Assembly: GCF_009914755.1 (NCBI RefSeq)
Contig: NC_060934.1
DNA: 64,000 bases
Source of the DNA: the human T2T-CHM13v2.0 reference genome, Homo sapiens
Reading direction: 5' to 3' (one strand)
Positions 35,796-51,312 of the stretch are shown here, piece after piece. Under the pieces are notes generated by a model. It was given only the letters and a program-made list of their open reading frames with translations, was not told the DNA's origin and searched no databases. How positions within the stretch are numbered: the stretch's first letter is position 1; every line of letters begins with the position of its first letter. A program made the translations under genes and the position numbers.

Positions 35796-36123
35796 TGTGG
35801 TACAGTGTGGCCAGCTGCCTTGCCAGCTGCCTTACCAGGCAGGTCTCGCATCTGCCATTGTCATCCCATTGGAATCAAGTTGCAAGCCAGTGAACTTGCT
35901 GGGGTGTGCCCAGGTCAGAACAGTTACAGCTTAAAAGCCTTTGCTGCCCTTTTTCAGATCCTGTTCCTGGGAGAGTCTCCCACACTAAGTTCAGTGTGGG
36001 TACCAGCTGTGGTGAGGGTGTGCTGCCACTGCAGCTGCTGTCTGGGCATCTGTGTTAGGGCCAATACTTCAAGAAGTGTGAGTCATTGTGAAGTGACTGT
36101 AGGCAGCTGGGAAATAACAGCTG
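35796..36123. promoter_or_regulatory. Candidate enhancer: E-box/RUNX/AP-1 motif cluster
   Basis: Six CAGCTG, two CATCTG, two TGTGGT and one TGAGTCA in about 330 bp of non-repeat sequence. Confidence 0.45.
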
Positions 36124-36377
36124 TGAACAGAAAAAAGACTGGAGGCGTGCTCTCTGGAGGTCTGGGCATAGTGATGAGAGGCTGAGGAACAGAGAGGGAA
36201 AAGAAAAATGCAATTCTAAAATTAAAAAGAAAACCTTAATTTAAACCGTGATTTACAGATAATTCCCATGTGTGAGAGACAGTATAGGAAACACTCCAAA
36301 GAGCTTGCGTTAAAACAAAAATAAGTAAAAATGTAAAGATTTCCTGCCCCTATGTGAAAAAAGCAATCTGTGATTGT

Positions 36378-36662
36378 TTTGTTTTATTTTGTTGAGACAG
36401 GGTCTTGCTTTGTTGCCCAGGCTGGAGTGCAGTAGCATGATCACGGCACACTGCAGCCATGAACTCCTAGGCTCAAGCAGTCCTCCCACCTTGAGTAGCT
36501 GGGACCACACACATGTGTTACCATGCCTGGCTAATTTATTTTTTGTAGAGACAGGGTCTTGCTATGTTGCCCAGGCTGATCTTGAACTTCTGGGCTCCAG
36601 TGATCCTCCCACCTCAGCCTCCCAAAGTGCTGGGATTATAAGCATGAGCCCCTGCACCAGCC
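36378..36662 (-). mobile_element. AluJ
   Basis: GAGACAGGGTCTTGCT...CTCCTAGGCTCAAGCAGTCCTCCCACC; TSD about TGTGATTGTT. Confidence 0.9.
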
Positions 36663-36949
36663 ATGTGATTGTTAGATTGTGCAACTTAGATGGTACAGAA
36701 AAGCAAAGGAAGGAAAAATATCAACCTTGTCCTGTCACCCAGGAGGAGGGAGCCAGAGACAGACACATGGTAAGCACAGACTTTGAACAGTGTCAAAGCT
36801 TGGAATAAGCTGAGCCTTACACAAATGCTAAAGACAAAACAAAAGAGGAAAAATAGTTTTACGTTTCAAACAGCACCGAGAAAGAGAAATGATCAATAAG
36901 TGGAAGAGGATATCAACTGAACAATTTGGTTTTCTCCAACTTTCTTCCC

Positions 36950-38480
36950 AGCACCTGCTCTGTTGGCATGCCAGCATGAAACCCAGATAAGGAGAGAAAT
37001 TTCTAAGAGATTTTTTTCTTTTAAAAATTATGATGAACCAGACGCTAAGAGAACTAACACATGTGATCACGGAAACACTGCAGATAAATTTTAAGAAATT
37101 GTTAACAATGGGAAAAAAATGTCACAAAGTAAGGCAAATAGGGTCCTAATTTTCCAAAAAGGGAGGAAAGAGTTTCTGTGCACTGTGGATTGGTGAGCTT
37201 AACTTTGCTTCTAGGCAAAGGTGATAGAAAGGTTGATTAAATAGTTTCTGGACATTTGGAAAACAAAGAAGAGCTAACTAACTAAAAGCAAGCTTAAGTT
37301 CAAGAAGAAGAAATCAGTGCAAGCATACCAGCTTCAGTTTTGAGAGGGTTGTTCCAAGGACAGGCAAGTGCACCAGAGCTCTGCTTCTCAAACTGCATCT
37401 GCATCAGTGTCATTGGAGGGCTGGGTTTTGAGACAGTAAGTCTGGAGTAGGGTGGGAGTTTGCATTTCTGGAGTTCCAGGTGACGCTGATGTCGCTGGTC
37501 TAGAGAACTACTGCTAGTATACTTGGTGTTGTTGGATTTGGGGAAGACTTGTAACTTTTGGAGAATATTGAGAAATTGGTTGGGAATATTAATGGTGGTG
37601 TGTGAAGGGTGAGGGCTTTTAACTGATTAAACAGTGTACAACTTCGTTGTCATTATTTTAACTCGGACAGTTGTCTTTAGTATTTTGTCAGAATACTCTG
37701 GCCTTGACCCTCATCTGTTAAGTAATTTCATCAGGGACTCAGACGACAAAAAGGTGTGTTTCTCAAATCTGAAACACAAAAAGATTCTAGCTAATAATGT
37801 TGAATGGTTGAGGGTTTAAGTGATCTTGGTATGTTAGATTTAGCAGCGATAGGCCGGGTGCGGTGGCTCACGCATGTAATCCCAGCACTTTGGGAGGCCG
37901 AGGCAGGAGGATAACCTGAGGTCAGGAGTTTGAGACCAGCCTGGCCAACATGGTGAAACCCCGTCTCTACTAAAAATACAAAAATTAGCCAGGCATAGTG
38001 GCGCGTGCCTGTGATCTCGGCTACTTGGGGATTCTCCTGAGGAAGAATTGCTTGAACTCAGGAGGTGGAGGTTTGCAGTGAGCTAAAATCAAGCCACTGC
38101 ACTCCAGCCTGGGTGACAGAGCAAGACTCTGTCAAAAAAAAAAAAAAAAAAAAAAAGATTTAGCAGTGATACATGTAAAATGGCTGCAGTTAGTTACAGG
38201 AGGCTCTACAATACAATACCTTCTGGGATAAAGGCATAGGAATTTGGGTTGACCTCAGTATTGTTTGAGACAAGGTTAAGGTGGACTATATCTCTTCCAT
38301 CTGACAACCTGTTTCTCACCCCTACCTGGGAAAGAATGCAGAAACCCAAGACAAGTTTTATGTTCTACTAAGAGATTTCTTCCATGGTCAGGCCATATCT
38401 ATTGTATTTAGTGCAGTTCTAGCACCACATTTGAAGATTTTGGCAAAATTTGATAGCATCTTGAAGAAAGAGACCAAGGT
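36950..38480 (+). mobile_element. L3/CR1 LINE remnant interrupted by MER5A (about 37375-37513) and an Alu
   Basis: CCTAATTTTCCAAAAAGGGAGG...GGTGAGCTTAACTTTG...GTCAGGCCATATCT...GTGCAGTTCTAGCACCACATTT resemble degenerate CR1 RT sequence. Confidence 0.55.
37852..38156 (+). mobile_element. AluS (Sx/Sz-like)
   Basis: Full Alu; TSD AGATTTAGCAG(C/T)GATA. Confidence 0.95.
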
Positions 38481-38494
38481 GTTTAAATCTGGAA

Positions 38495-38890
38495 TGGATT
38501 TGCTATGATAACAACACCACTGTCTCACTGGCTTTTCCTAACAAGCCTTAATTTCTTGCTCATATCATGGGAAGGTTGCAGGTGAACTGTGGCTCTGCAG
38601 GGCTGTGCTTGGTTCCAAGTGTCTTCCTTCAGGACTCAGACCAAAGGAGCAGCTCCTGTGTGGGTCTGAGACATGCTGTTCTCATGGGAAAGGGCTGGAG
38701 TGCAAGGTGGGGAAGATGCCATGTTTGCCTCCATCTAATTGGCTGAGGGTGCCAAGGTCAGGGAGGTGGAGAAGTGACCTCCCACTTAATGCAAGGGCAC
38801 ATCCTGTGACTAGGGGGCAGAGGGGGAAGTTGTAACTTCGTTACAGGGAGGGAGTGGGCAGTTGGAAACAGTAATCCAATCTACAGCAGA
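38495..38890 (-). mobile_element. Old MaLR LTR (MLT1J/K/L-like)
   Basis: GCTATGATAACAAC...ACATGCTGTTCTCATGG...GTTGGAAACAGTAATCCAATCTACAGCA. Confidence 0.55.
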
Positions 38891-38904
38891 TGGAGATTCA
38901 GTTA

Positions 38905-40450
<1,546 letters not shown>

Positions 40451-40698
40451 GATTTGGAGGCTCAACTTTTCAGAACTTGACTGAGAAGTGAGGGAGAGAG
40501 AGAGGAGTTCTGACATGCATCGGGCACGTCGCTTTTGCCCCACTTCACAAAGGGAGGAGAAGCAGAGCCACTGAGGCTGACCTGGACTTCACTGGTTCCC
40601 CTCTGCAGTTGAGCTGCTGTCAAAATGTAGATTTGCAAATAAAGATATGTTTTTTAACCCAGGGTTTTTCTAGGCTAAAAAATAGGCCTATTTTTTCC

Positions 40699-41266
40699 TG
40701 TGTTAGTTTCCTTGCTGTGTAACAAGTTACCAGAAACTCAGCAGCTTAAGACAACACACATTGACTCTATCACAGTTTCTGTGGGGCATGAGTCGGAGCA
40801 TGGCTTGGCTGGGTCCTGTGCTTCCCAGTCTCTGACGAGGCTGCAGTCAAGATACTTCCATGGCTAGGGTCTCGTCTGAAGACTTGCCTGGGGAGGATCC
40901 CCTTCCAAGATCCCTCGCAGAACCTGGGTGCTGGAAGGATTCCATTTCTTTCAAGTTATGAGACTGAGGGCCACAGTTCCTTGCTGGCTGCTGGCTGGAG
41001 GCTGCCCCACGTTCCGTGTCCTGTGGGTTTTTCCACCATGGGAGTTATTACTTCATCAAAGCCAGCCAGAGAGAGACAACTTGCAGGGGGGAAGTCATTG
41101 TCTCATGCTGCCTTAGCACAGAGGTGACATCACCTGTGCCCTATTCTGTTGCTTATCAGCAAGTCACAGGCCCCTCTCGCACTTAGGAAAGGGGATTACA
41201 TAAGAGCATGAATACCAGGAGGCGGGAATCATTGGGTGGGTGAGAACCTTAGACCTGCCTGCCACA
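40699..41266 (-). mobile_element. MLT1F-like MaLR solo LTR
   Basis: TGCTGTGTAACAAGTTACCAGAAACTCAGCAGCTTAA...CACAGTTTCTGTGGG...CTGCCTGCCACA. Confidence 0.75.
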
Positions 41267-41779
41267 GAGTAGGACTCCGTGATACATCTTGTAATCGTGA
41301 GACTTTTGCAGCATGACTTCAGCAAGTTGGGGGCCATGGTGGGAGGGAGTGATTCACTTCACTATCAGATGAGATTTTCACGGTGAAGGTGAGATGTGAA
41401 CTGGTCTTTGAAGTGGTAGCTCCAGAATTTTCACACATAAAAGAGGGTTAGGGTAACAGTCTGGTTGGAAGCGGGGTACATCACAAATGCAGTGTATTTG
41501 GAGTAGCTTGAGCAATTGAGCTGAAGCCTTGTCAAGCCGTGCTTTGAGAGTGACCCTGCTCTGAAGGATGCAAAAACTTAGTTCCATAAAGAAGAGACAA
41601 GGACCCAGGATGAAGTGGATCATTCTAGGCGGAGGGAACAGCAGGAGCAGAGATGCTGGAACTTGGCAAAGCATGATGTAGTTTTAGGGGAAGATCAGTA
41701 GTTTCCTGAGGATGGATTTTAAGTCATATAAAAGGAGGGAGAATAAAGCTGGGAGAGTGGCATGGGGGCAGGCCGTGCA

Positions 41780-42163
41780 CTCAGAGGAGATGGAGCCTGG
41801 CCCTAAGGGCAGATGGGCTTTGTTGGTCCTCAGAGGAGATGGAGCCCAGTCCTCAGGGCAGAAAGACTTTTGGGTCCTTGAGAGGATGGAAGCCCTGTCC
41901 TGAGGGCAGGAGGGCTGTGTTGTTTCTCAGAAGAGATAGAGCCTGGTCCTGACGGCAGGTGGGCTTTGTAGGCCTTGGATAGATGGAGCCTAGCCTTGAG
42001 GGTAGAAGGGCTTTGTTGGCCCTCAGGGGAGCTGGTGCCTAATCCTCAGGGCAGAAAGCCTTTTTGGGCCTTGAGAAGATGGAAACTCTTTCCTGAAGGC
42101 AGAAGGGCTTTGTGGACTCTCAGAGGAGATGGAGCTGGGTCCTGAGGGCAGAAGGGCTTTTAG
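41780..42163. repeat. Degenerate minisatellite, about 8 units of 48-49 bp
   Basis: Consensus about CTCAGAGGAGATGGAGCCTGGTCCTGAGGGCAGAAGGGCTTTGTTGGC. Confidence 0.9.
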
Positions 42164-42779
42164 CCTGGGTAATGGTAGGATTAGTTTTGGGCTCCTTTCC
42201 TCAGTCTGCAGGGGAGGCTGCTTGGGAACATGTTTGTTGCTCACATCTGTCTCCTCTGCTCTTGGCAGGAGACAAGAAAGGATGCGAGTCGAGAAGTCAG
42301 AGCTGCTGATGTGTTTCCCAGCTTCTGTTGCATCCTGAGAAGCCTGGGTCAGGCTGAGGTTTGGGGGAGATTGGGAATGTGTGGCCCCACTCAGGAATTG
42401 GGCTGCTTACTTCCAGATCACTGTAGGCCAGCTCCCTCTTGCTGTACCTTTCACACATGGGCTCAGCCATCCTGTGGGCCGAGCAGGTGGCAGTGCCCGC
42501 TCTGACTGCACAGATCGACAGAGAGTTTTATAGATAAAAACCAATGATTTTTTAAAAGGCATCTTTTCTTCATTTAGAATTGGTGTATTGGATGTCAGGA
42601 AGAAATTAGTTGCTCTTTTTTCCCTATCCTTCCTGAAAGAGCAGCTTTATACAATGTTTTTGGCAGCTGATGTTCAAAGAAGATCAAAGAAGAAAACTGG
42701 CATTTTTGGCAGGTTATGACACTGGTACCCGTGGGGTGCTGTTCAGTGCCATGTTACCTGATCTGGAAACTTGTGGCAC

Positions 42780-42781
<2 letters not shown>

Positions 42782-42815
<34 letters not shown>
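42782..42815. repeat. (GT)n microsatellite
   Basis: About 17 uninterrupted GT units. Confidence 0.95.
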
Positions 42816-42817
<2 letters not shown>

Positions 42818-42937
42818 TTGTAGGGTGCTACTTCTCTCCTTGCCTACCTACCGTGTACTTTGATGATGCTGACATTGGTGGATTTCTGTAGATGTGCTGT
42901 TTAGCCAGGTATGCAGCACTCTTTATTTAAAGTGGAG

Positions 42938-43073
42938 GGCCATTAATGGTGGCTCATGCCTGTAATCTCAGCACTTTGGGAGGTTGAAACGGGAGGATTC
43001 TTTGCGTCTAGGAGTTTGAGACCAGCCTGGGCAACATAGTGGGACACCGTCTTCTAAAAATAATAAAATAAAA
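42938..43073 (+). mobile_element. FLAM_C (Alu monomer)
   Basis: GGTGGCTCATGCCTGTAATC...GACCAGCCTGGGCAACATAG, A-rich tail. Confidence 0.85.
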
Positions 43074-45394
43074 TGGGGAATCCTTTTGATTGGGGAGAAA
43101 TTAGAATCTAATTTTGGAAAGGGGCATAAAATAATTCATGAGTTTGGGGAAGCACCATGACGTATAATTACCTAGTTATCTCTTAAATTTCAAAATTGGA
43201 CTTAATTGAGCAAATGGTGGTGAAGATACCATAGAACAAAAGATTTCCTGTTGCTTTCTGTGCTTTTTTATTATATGAAATGATGTGGCATGATTTATTT
43301 GGTTGTTACTGTCTGGTTGTGAACGTGAGCAACCTTTAACAGATGGCTGAAATGGGGCCCAGTTGGAAGGAGGGCCGCGGACCACCTGCTTTTGTGGCCC
43401 TGTTGCCCTGGAGATCACTCCAGCTGTGACTGTTGATGGCCTGTGGGGGCAAAATCAACTCTTCAGACAGGTGGCAGCGGGACTACACTCTAGACTAGAG
43501 GAAACCAGGGAAGAGAAAGCCCAGCCTGAGTGTAGCAGGAAAGAAACTGAAGTCTAGGGTCATTAATACTAGCCTTCATAACCCATCAAACAGTGAAAGT
43601 GTATTTCTTGCTTAAACAAAACCATGCAGATTAACCCTCCTCCATCCTGTGGCCACCTTCTTCAGCAGTAACACAGAGTCGAGAGAGGCATACTTACTGC
43701 CTTACTGTGGAAATGAAACACATCACTTCTTATGCTCCATTGTGGCCCTGGCTGATTGCAAGGATGACCAGGAAATGCTGGGAAGCACGTGGAATGCCAG
43801 TCTTTGCTTTGACCTCTCAGTACAGCTTTTCTGTCGAGGAGGTATTTAGAATCAATCATCTTTGTGGATTGCAAAGAGGTGTTCTCATTCCACAGTGCCT
43901 TTCAGGGAGTAAGAGGACAAGCCGATCCCATTAGCTGTGGAGCAGAGTGGCCCAGAGCAGGGGCTCTGGCATCTGAGTCTCAGCTCTTGATTCACCACTT
44001 ACCATGTGACTTTGAGCAAATCATTTAACTTTTCTGCCTTAATGTCACCATCTGTATAATGGGGTCACTAATAGGACTGTTACAAATATGAAATGATGTA
44101 TGAGGGAAAGAGAAGTTGATGATGGTCAGTTTTAGCTAAAATGTTTGAGCATGTTTTTCTTTGTTTTAATAAAGGGGAAGGTTAAAACAAAACTCCTTAA
44201 GAGGTGTTTATAGACACCAGATGATTTGTAGAGCTTTTGGTCGTGTAGTTTTAATTCTAGGGTGTTTGCCTTTTGTTATTTCTTTTAGGTGTTTTAAGGA
44301 ATCAGACCTGCATCTTTTAATGGCATTAATTTCTTTTAACTTGCATATTCTAATAATAATGAACAAGCCATCTATCAGAGCCCAATCTGTTATGCTCCAG
44401 AGAATTGTAAGAGATTAAATTACATTTTTAGGGGTCTCTAATCCTGTCTCTGGGTTGACAGAATTGGGAGAGTGAAGAGGAAGCTACCAGGAATAGTTCA
44501 CCTCTCTAGCAATCTGTTCTCTTTTTTTCATCAGCTGTTTCCAAAAGCCTTCAGCAAGATGCTGTGTGACATTCAGCTGGTACCATTTCCAGTAAGTCTA
44601 AAAAAGCTCTAAGCCCAGGCCTTTTGGAATATGTCTCCTTTAGGAAAAATCATCAGTAAAGCTTGAGGATAAGACTTTTGAGTATAAAGTGGGGTTTATG
44701 CTGCAAAGTAGAAACTGAATCATTTAGCTTCAATTTTAGTGAAGGGCTGAGAGTTTATATAACAGAACTGCCTAAATGCTCTCTTTTATATCAGGGCTTG
44801 TGAATATCAACAGCAGGGAGCAGGGAAGTAGGAAACTTTCTTCAGTGACCTGGATGGAGAGTTTAGTGAGCTTTTTCTACACCAAATGTGTAGCTGTGTC
44901 TGCCTGTAGCCGGGGGTGGAGGAATGAAAAGGCTGAGAAACCCCCACCCCCGGCTTGATCACCACACTTTCTCAAGGAAACCTGTACTGCAAAGCTCTCT
45001 TCTACCAGGAGGGAAGATGGAGAGAACAAGATAGAAAAAAACATGCCCTTGCTTGAGCCTATGGAGAAATTGGGCAATCAGTTTTCATCTATGAAGCAGT
45101 GGGAGCCATGTCCTACGGACAGAATTAAATGTGTCCTCTTGTCCACAGGCCCTCTCCTGTGCATTCAGGTGGTGTGGTCGTGGTGCCCCATAACAATGAT
45201 AACAGATGGGGTAAGCGGTAACTGAGAATATGCCTCCGTTGCTCAGAGTAGAGGGTGCTCAAGTGTAGGGGGCGTATGTGGGGGACAGTGGAGGTAGAGC
45301 GAGCACAGCCTAGCAATTCCCAGTGAGGCTCTGGAGTCAGAATGCCTGGTATGAACCCTGGCCCTGTTGCTTGCTCATGTGAGGTGTGATGTAG

Positions 45395-45732
<338 letters not shown>

Positions 45733-48700
45733 TGGGATATAATAGTATTTATGTCCTATTGTCCTTATGAATTAATGCATGTGAAGTAGTTAGGATACTA
45801 TTTTGACATACTGTGGGTGCTCAATTGTATTACTATTATTTGGGAATTCTTGAAGAACAGTTAATTAAAAAGTAGGTTGAAGTTTATTGTGAAGCATCTC
45901 TAATGTGGTTTGATGTGAAGGAATTTGGGCTTATCCTTTGAGCATTAAAAATTTTAAGCAAAGAAATGGTATGAAGGAAGTGTTTTAGAGGTATTGAAAC
46001 CCTGGCAGAATGGCACAGGTTGGATCCGAGGTAGAAAGAGAAAGGTGGTAGGAAGGCTGACGGGAGAAAAAGTAATCCAGGTATGACCCAGGGTATGTGC
46101 TAGGGTGGTGGCCATGGACCATGAGGGAAGGACTGGGTTGCATTAGACCGTTCCTTTTTTTTTTTTTTTAGCAATCTGGAGGATTTTTAAGGTGATAAGT
46201 TATCGGTCTGAGGAAGTTATTGGATAGCTAATTTGGAGATAATTCAAAACTAAACCCCATTAGATATACAGCTCATTTTAGTTGCATATCAACTCATTTG
46301 ATATACAACTCAATTAGTCCTACAGATTGATTTTAACTGCTTTATCTCATGTCTCTCTTTATATACGTTTACGTAAATATATGTGTGCATTTATGTGTGT
46401 GTGTGTGGTATATAATACTTTAGGTTTTGATACTTTTAGGTCATTCATACAGCATTGTGACTGCTGAAATTAGGAAATAGGCTGACAGATTACTAATTTC
46501 TAGGCAAACTTTATAATTAAAAGAAGAAATAGATATGGCTGTAATTTTTTTTTTTTTTTTTTTTAGTACAGTTCAAAATAAATGGTGCCCTTTGGTCCTG
46601 CAGATGGTTTCTTTCTTATCTAGTTTTTTCTCTACATGAAAAGTTTTGCTGACTCCTGTTCTTAATTTTCTATTGTTCTTAATTTAGGTCCTATGTCTGT
46701 GCTTGCCTGATTTTTCCTGTGACTATCTTTTACAGATAAAATAGTGGAAGAATCATCATGTATATAAGTTCAAGAAGTTTTCATTAAGCTGCTAATTTCC
46801 TAAAGAAATCTGGATCATGGTGCATCCTTTGTTTGTGTGTGGGAGGATATAGTGATACTGAATGAATCATGTCTTGCTCTGTAGCAAGAGGAATATTTGG
46901 TAAAGTTGATGTTGTTTGCTTTGGTGAGCAGTGGAGGTGGAGTGGGATCCGACCCCAGTGGCCCTAAAAGCAGCGAGCCCTAGAAACCAGGCCCACCTGG
47001 GTTTTCCTGGCTCTCTCTCACTTGTGCCCTCTTGTTTCTCATGAAAATGTGAAGCTGCTGTGATATTTTGGGGTCTCTGATTTGGCACAGGTAGCTTTTC
47101 AGTGACTTTGCAACTACTCTTTCTGCATATCTTCAGTTTGAGATGAACATGTTTGTGCAACTCAGCAACTCAGCACCTGATGGGGATTCTGGAGAGTGCA
47201 CTGTGGGATCTAGGATCACCTTACCCAGTTCCCAATGACCAATTCATGAGGAAGTCGCAATCTCACACCAGAATCTCACTGGAAAACAAAATCAGACTCT
47301 CACCTAAAAAGTAGGGACTGAATATGAAGTAAACTTTTTTAAAGCAAATATGTTTTCAAACCGCAAAAACAGATGCTTTCTTTTGGCAGTTTTGCTCATC
47401 AAACCTAAGCTGAATGTGAACGGAGACTAATTTTTAACTGTTAATTCACAGCCTAAATGGCAATGAGTCTGAATTCTAATTTCAAAATCTTATTTGAACT
47501 CTGTGTTTGGCTGACTGAAGTGAAAAATGTATTGTTGTTTACTGATTCAGAATCATACCCTGCAGCATTTTAAGCCAATTTTGAGCAAGTCATGGCCAAG
47601 TGTAAATTTGCGTACTTAACATTTATTTGTTAGTCACACAGCCAGCCCAGTGGATAGGCCTGTTTGAAGTCAGGCTGTGTGCACCTATGCCAGTGCCGGC
47701 TCTGCTTTGGGGTGGGATTTTGGGTGTAGGACGAGGTTCAAAGGACCTGGCTGAGGACGGCCACACGGGTTGGACAGGCCGCTTCTGGAGAAGCCCACTC
47801 AGGTGTTGTTCCTGGATCACCTTTCTAGGCCAAGTGTAAAAGGAGAGGGAATTTCTTTGTTAAATTCATTCCTGGTTTCAGGGCCCTTTTGTTACCTTCT
47901 CTTCCACATGAGCTCCCGTCTCTGTGCTGCAGGAAGTTCAGAGGCACGGTTTATCATGGGTGCTTGGCACCACTCTCTCTCTAACTATGTGGATCCTAAC
48001 TCCAGTCTCCTGATGGTCAGCTTGACGCGGGTTCACTGGATCAGTGCCTTCCAGTCCTGGGCAGGTGCTCTGTTTCTGTTATTCTAGAACCCCCGACCCA
48101 GGGAACACAGAGCTTGCTGGTCTGCCTTCATTTTCTCACCTCCAATTTAAGACCAAGTAATTTTATTTTGCCTTCATTTGGTATTTAGAAGCGTCGGGTG
48201 GCTTTTGTCAGGGACAGTTTCATGCCTCTCTGGCTTTTGTCCGTGTTGCCTGGTGCTCTTCTAGCTGGCCCTGCTGACTGGAGTCTGTGATGGACTCCCA
48301 TTTTCTTGAGCTGAGTCACTTGTTTTCCTCCAGGATGCCGTTCCCTACAGCTCATCCTGCTTGTTTTCACTTACTTTCCTGTTTTCTGCCCTTGCTCTTA
48401 TATCCAGGCCTGTTAGATCTGAATCTAGTCATTCTGCTTTCTCTTCAGAGGTTTCTCTTGACAGTAAATATAAATACAGTAATTTCTGTGGGCCAGATAT
48501 GGTTCTCAGTGTTGGGTGAATTTTAATTCAGTCTCCGTAACAATCTTAGGTGGATACTCATCTCCATTTTGCAGAGGGGAAACTGAAGCACAGAGAAAGT
48601 CACTGCCCCACAGTCATCAGGGTGCCAAGTGGAGGAGTCAGGGTTGAAGTCAGAAAAGCTGGCTCCTGAGCCTGCACTCTTAAATGCTATTCTATATTCT

Positions 48701-49813
48701 TTTTAAAACATTTTTTTGACTTATTTTGTATTCTATAAATATTTTTGACTCATTTTTCCATCTAATTTTACACCTTTCTATTCTTTTAAAATTTTTTTAA
48801 AATTTAAATTTAAAACCTACAGTCGTCAATAAAACATTATTCTATATTCTTGCTGGCTCGTGGCACCTCAGCTGTCTGGAATCTTCTATGTGGCCTCCTT
48901 GATCCCGGGATGAGTTAGCTTTTTCATATGATATTCAGCTACAATTCTATATAGGCAGTTGTGTTTTGAAAAAAGCATTGGACTTAGCATTAGATCCGAG
49001 CTCCTGGCTGCAGTGCATGACTGATTGTGTGGCCTTGTCTAAGCTCTGTAACCTCTCTGACCTGCGTTTCCCTGTCTTGTAGTATGAGCTGACTCGTGGG
49101 CATTTGAGAAGATTAAATGTGAGTAAGTAGCAAGGTACTTGACACATAAAGGCAATCAGAAAATGGCAGTTATTGTGCTTGTAATTTAAAAAGTTGAAAG
49201 CTGTTATAGACTTTCAAGATATGTTGTTTTATGTTTACATTTAGTCAGTTAATTCTGGTTTATAATTGATTAGGCCAAGAAGAGAGGTCTCTTAATCAGC
49301 ATTCCATTAGAGATTTATTTATTTATATTTGCTTATTTTTTTGTCATTTAAGAGTTAAAGGAATAGAGAGAATTGTGCCATTTAAATGAAATCTTTTTAG
49401 CATTAGTTACGTGTTAGGATGTCTGTTTATCCTTCATGATTTTTTTGTTTTATTGCTAAAAAACATGGACTCATTTAATTGTCTAGCTAGTAAAAGGCCT
49501 TTATAAAATTTTTCTCTAAGAGCACAATAACATAGTATTTGCTTTTATTTAAGTGCAGTCTTTGTAACTGACTTTACATTTTGTTAGATGGTACTGAATC
49601 AACCACAGTTACTGCTTTAGTTAATAGCACTGAAAAATCACTTGATTTGTGAATCTATTTCTAGTGTTTTGTATGCTGAACTCTCCACCTCCCCAGTCTC
49701 CTAAAGTAAAATGACTAGTTGTCCTTTGGTGGTGTTTAGTCTGTGTGATGTTTGCCTTTAATTCATTTCCACTTTTTTTTATAGAGTCTTTTTTCATTTA
49801 TTTAAAAATTTTC

Positions 49814-50111
49814 GGCCAGGTGTGGTAGCTCACACCTGTAATGTCAACACTTCAGGAGGCCGAGGCAGTTGGATTGCTTGAGCCTAGGTGTTCGAGACCA
49901 GGCTGGGCAATGTGGCAAAACCCCGTCTCTACAAAACATGCAAAAATCAGCTGGGCATGGTGACGCGCACCTGTATTCTCAACTACTTGGGAGGCTGAGG
50001 TCCGCGGATTACCTGAGCCCAGGGAGGTTGAGGCTACAGTGAATCATGATTATACCAATGCACTCCAGCCTGAGTGACAGAGGGAGACCCTGTCTCAAAA
50101 AAAAAAAAAAA
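49814..50111 (+). mobile_element. AluJ
   Basis: GGATTGCTTGAGCCTAGG, GAGGTTGAGGCTACAGTGA. Confidence 0.92.
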
Positions 50112-50820
50112 TTCTGCTGAAAGAGGCTTTTTTTTTTTGGTGGGGTGGGGAGACGTACATTGAGGGTGTTTGTTGTAAGCAGCAGGTTATTTTGGTACAC
50201 TGTACATTTTATTAAGGGATTTTTCCTCCTGGGTTTGTTGAATGGTGGCGGATGTCTCAGTTTGGTTTCAGTAACTGAATCCTTCAGAGACCCATGCAAA
50301 GAAACCTTTTGTCCAAGAAGAACTTTGACCTGCCTCAGTCCTGGGTTGCTGGCTATGACCAGATTAGGTAAGTGATTAAAAATAGCAGAACTCTTTTGTA
50401 GACATAATCCTTTGAAAATTCTCAAATTTGCTTATTCCGAACTCCTATAAGCTTACAATTATCCGAAGGTCACTTACTTTTCACCTAATAGAAATTATAA
50501 GAAGATAGGGGTTAGAGAAGAGTTTTTCAGATAGTATCTGAGACGATCACCTCAACATGGAAATGAGGAAACTGAGGCTGGGGTTGGGAGAGGTAATTCC
50601 CATACCAGTAACAAGGTGGCAGAACAGAGAGAGGGTGAGAGCCTGGCTCTGTGGCCACACTGCCTGGGGCTCTGGGGACTTGACTAAGTTGTGTGGACTC
50701 TCGGAGCCTCGTTTCTCATCTGTCAAGAGGGAGAAGTTAGTAATCATAGCTCCTGCAGAGTAGTTATGAGGATTGAATGAGTCAGTATACCTTAGAGCAT
50801 TCAGACAGCACCCAGCCTAG

Positions 50821-51312
<492 letters not shown>

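Noticed and set aside
35640-36185. 181-aa plus-strand ORF next to the provirus
   Set aside because: No recognisable domain, splice context or poly(A)/TSD; better explained as GC-richer, motif-dense non-coding DNA.
41780-42163. Regularly spaced repeats superficially like a CRISPR array
   Set aside because: Units are contiguous degenerate copies with no unique spacers, there are no cas genes, and the context is primate.
42478-42497. CTCF-like motif CGAGCAGGTGGCAGTG (weaker matches near 14945, 27700 and 43465)
   Set aside because: Each mismatches the high-information CC positions and cannot be supported without ChIP data.
46361-46382. Palindromic TTACGTAA (PAR-bZIP/NFIL3 consensus)
   Set aside because: A single 8-mer in AT-rich low-complexity sequence is not enough on its own.
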